A stretch of 63,854 nt of DNA, filler included, from Octopus bimaculoides (taxonomy: Eukaryota), in NCBI RefSeq assembly GCF_001194135.2. It is 5 parts of 5 records of this genome, joined end to end, with 100 filler letters (N's around TTAATTAATTAA, not from the genome) between each part and the next. Parts side by side here need not be neighbours in the genome. Positions count along the whole stretch, not along the records: positions 62,551 to 63,854 come from NW_026349326.1; 4 more parts are not named here. One strand, written 5' to 3'. Shown one piece after another: positions 62,850-63,854 of this stretch (positions are counted from its first letter, which is position 1; every line of letters starts with the position of its first letter). The notes beneath the pieces are model-generated. The model saw only the letters and a list, made by a program, of their open reading frames with translations. It did no database searches and was not told the origin of the DNA. A program made the translations under genes and the position numbers.

Positions 62850-63720
62850 CTATAGGTATAGGTATGTGTGTATGTATATGCACACATAGATGTATCTACA
62901 TGTGTTGTTATTATTGTTGTTGTTGCTGTTATTACTATAAATACTACTCCTGTGTTTACTCATTTGTGTATTTACTTATTTGTTGGTATATGTATGCATA
63001 TTACTATTGGTATTGTTGTTGGTTTTTATTACTATAAATACTCCTCATGTGTGTATTCACCTGCATGTCTATTTGCTTGTTAGTGCATATGTGTGTGTGT
63101 ATGTGCATATATATGTATGTATATATATATATATATANNNNNNNNNNATATATATATATATATATGTATATGTATGTATATGTGTGTATGTATGTGTGTG
63201 GGTACGTGTGTACATATGAATGTACTGATTGATGGATATACAGTTGTGTATGTATGCACATGTANNNNNNNNNNTGAATGTACTGATTGATGGATATACA
63301 GTTGTGTATGTATGCACATGTATGAGTGTATGTGAGGGTACATAATATGTATATATGAGTGTAGGTGGGTGTGTATATGTATGTGCATATATGCATATAT
63401 ATGTGGGTGTATGTNNNNNNNNNNGGGTGTGTATATGTATGTGCATATATGCATATATATGTGGGTGTATGTATTGATATGTGTGTATGTATATATATGT
63501 GGATGTGTGTATCTATTGGTGTATATGTATATATATGTGGATGTGTGTATATATTGGTGTATATGTATATATATGTGTGTGCGTATGTGTGTATGTCCGA
63601 GTGTGGGTATATGCATACCTGTGTACTTACAATCATCCATGGGAATGTCGTATGCTTGTAGATGTATATGCACATGTATATATGCATATGTGTATGCACA
63701 TTTTGAGTGTGTATGTATGA
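62850..63720. repeat. (TA/TG) low-complexity block with short local duplications
   Basis: Directly visible; duplicated TGAATGTACTGATTGATGGATATACAGTTGTG around small gaps. Confidence 0.8.
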
Positions 63721-63854
63721 GGATGTAGGAGTAACTGTCTCCTACGTGCTAGGGCCCCAGGTACTCAACGATATTCTGCCATGGTTTGGACGGTTTTATT
63801 CATTGATTGTTTGTTTGGTCAATTATTGTTTACTTATCTACTCATTTAAACCAA

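Noticed and set aside
1147-63728. Long ORFs containing X runs and YI/CV/HT/LS-rich ORFs in the track
   Set aside because: Artefacts of N gaps and dinucleotide or trinucleotide microsatellites.

Overview
Eukaryotic, repeat-rich, gapped scaffold segment. The SINE and microsatellite content and the gap style suggest an octopus (cephalopod); this is inferred, not proven. Two spliced genes can be partly reconstructed, both on the minus strand with compatible exon phases. (1) Four exons (27914-27947 running into a gap, 19282-19336, 10430-10570, 8532-8692) of an uncharacterised dynamin/EHD-like P-loop GTPase. (2) The last three exons (6382-6731, 4934-5030, 4615-4724) of a protein ending in a Pif/BMSP-type LamG (concanavalin A-like) domain, with AATAAA about 60 nt after the stop. 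The rest is mostly mobile DNA: three tRNA-derived SINE families, many RTE LINE 3' ends, a CR1-type fragment, several decayed Penelope-like elements (PLEs) with GIY-YIG domains, inverted or tandem terminal repeats and hammerhead-ribozyme-like motifs, a Tc1 transposase fragment and MITEs. There are also a 78-bp hairpin-bearing satellite and several minisatellites. Most ORFs in the supplied track are artefacts of N gaps or microsatellites. No CRISPR array, rRNA or true tRNA was found. The best leads are a dispersed PLE-type minimal hammerhead with a non-canonical core (T at position 6 in both copies), the Pif-like gene, and the unnamed dynamin-like gene. All protein family calls come from recognising motifs by eye; no database search was run.
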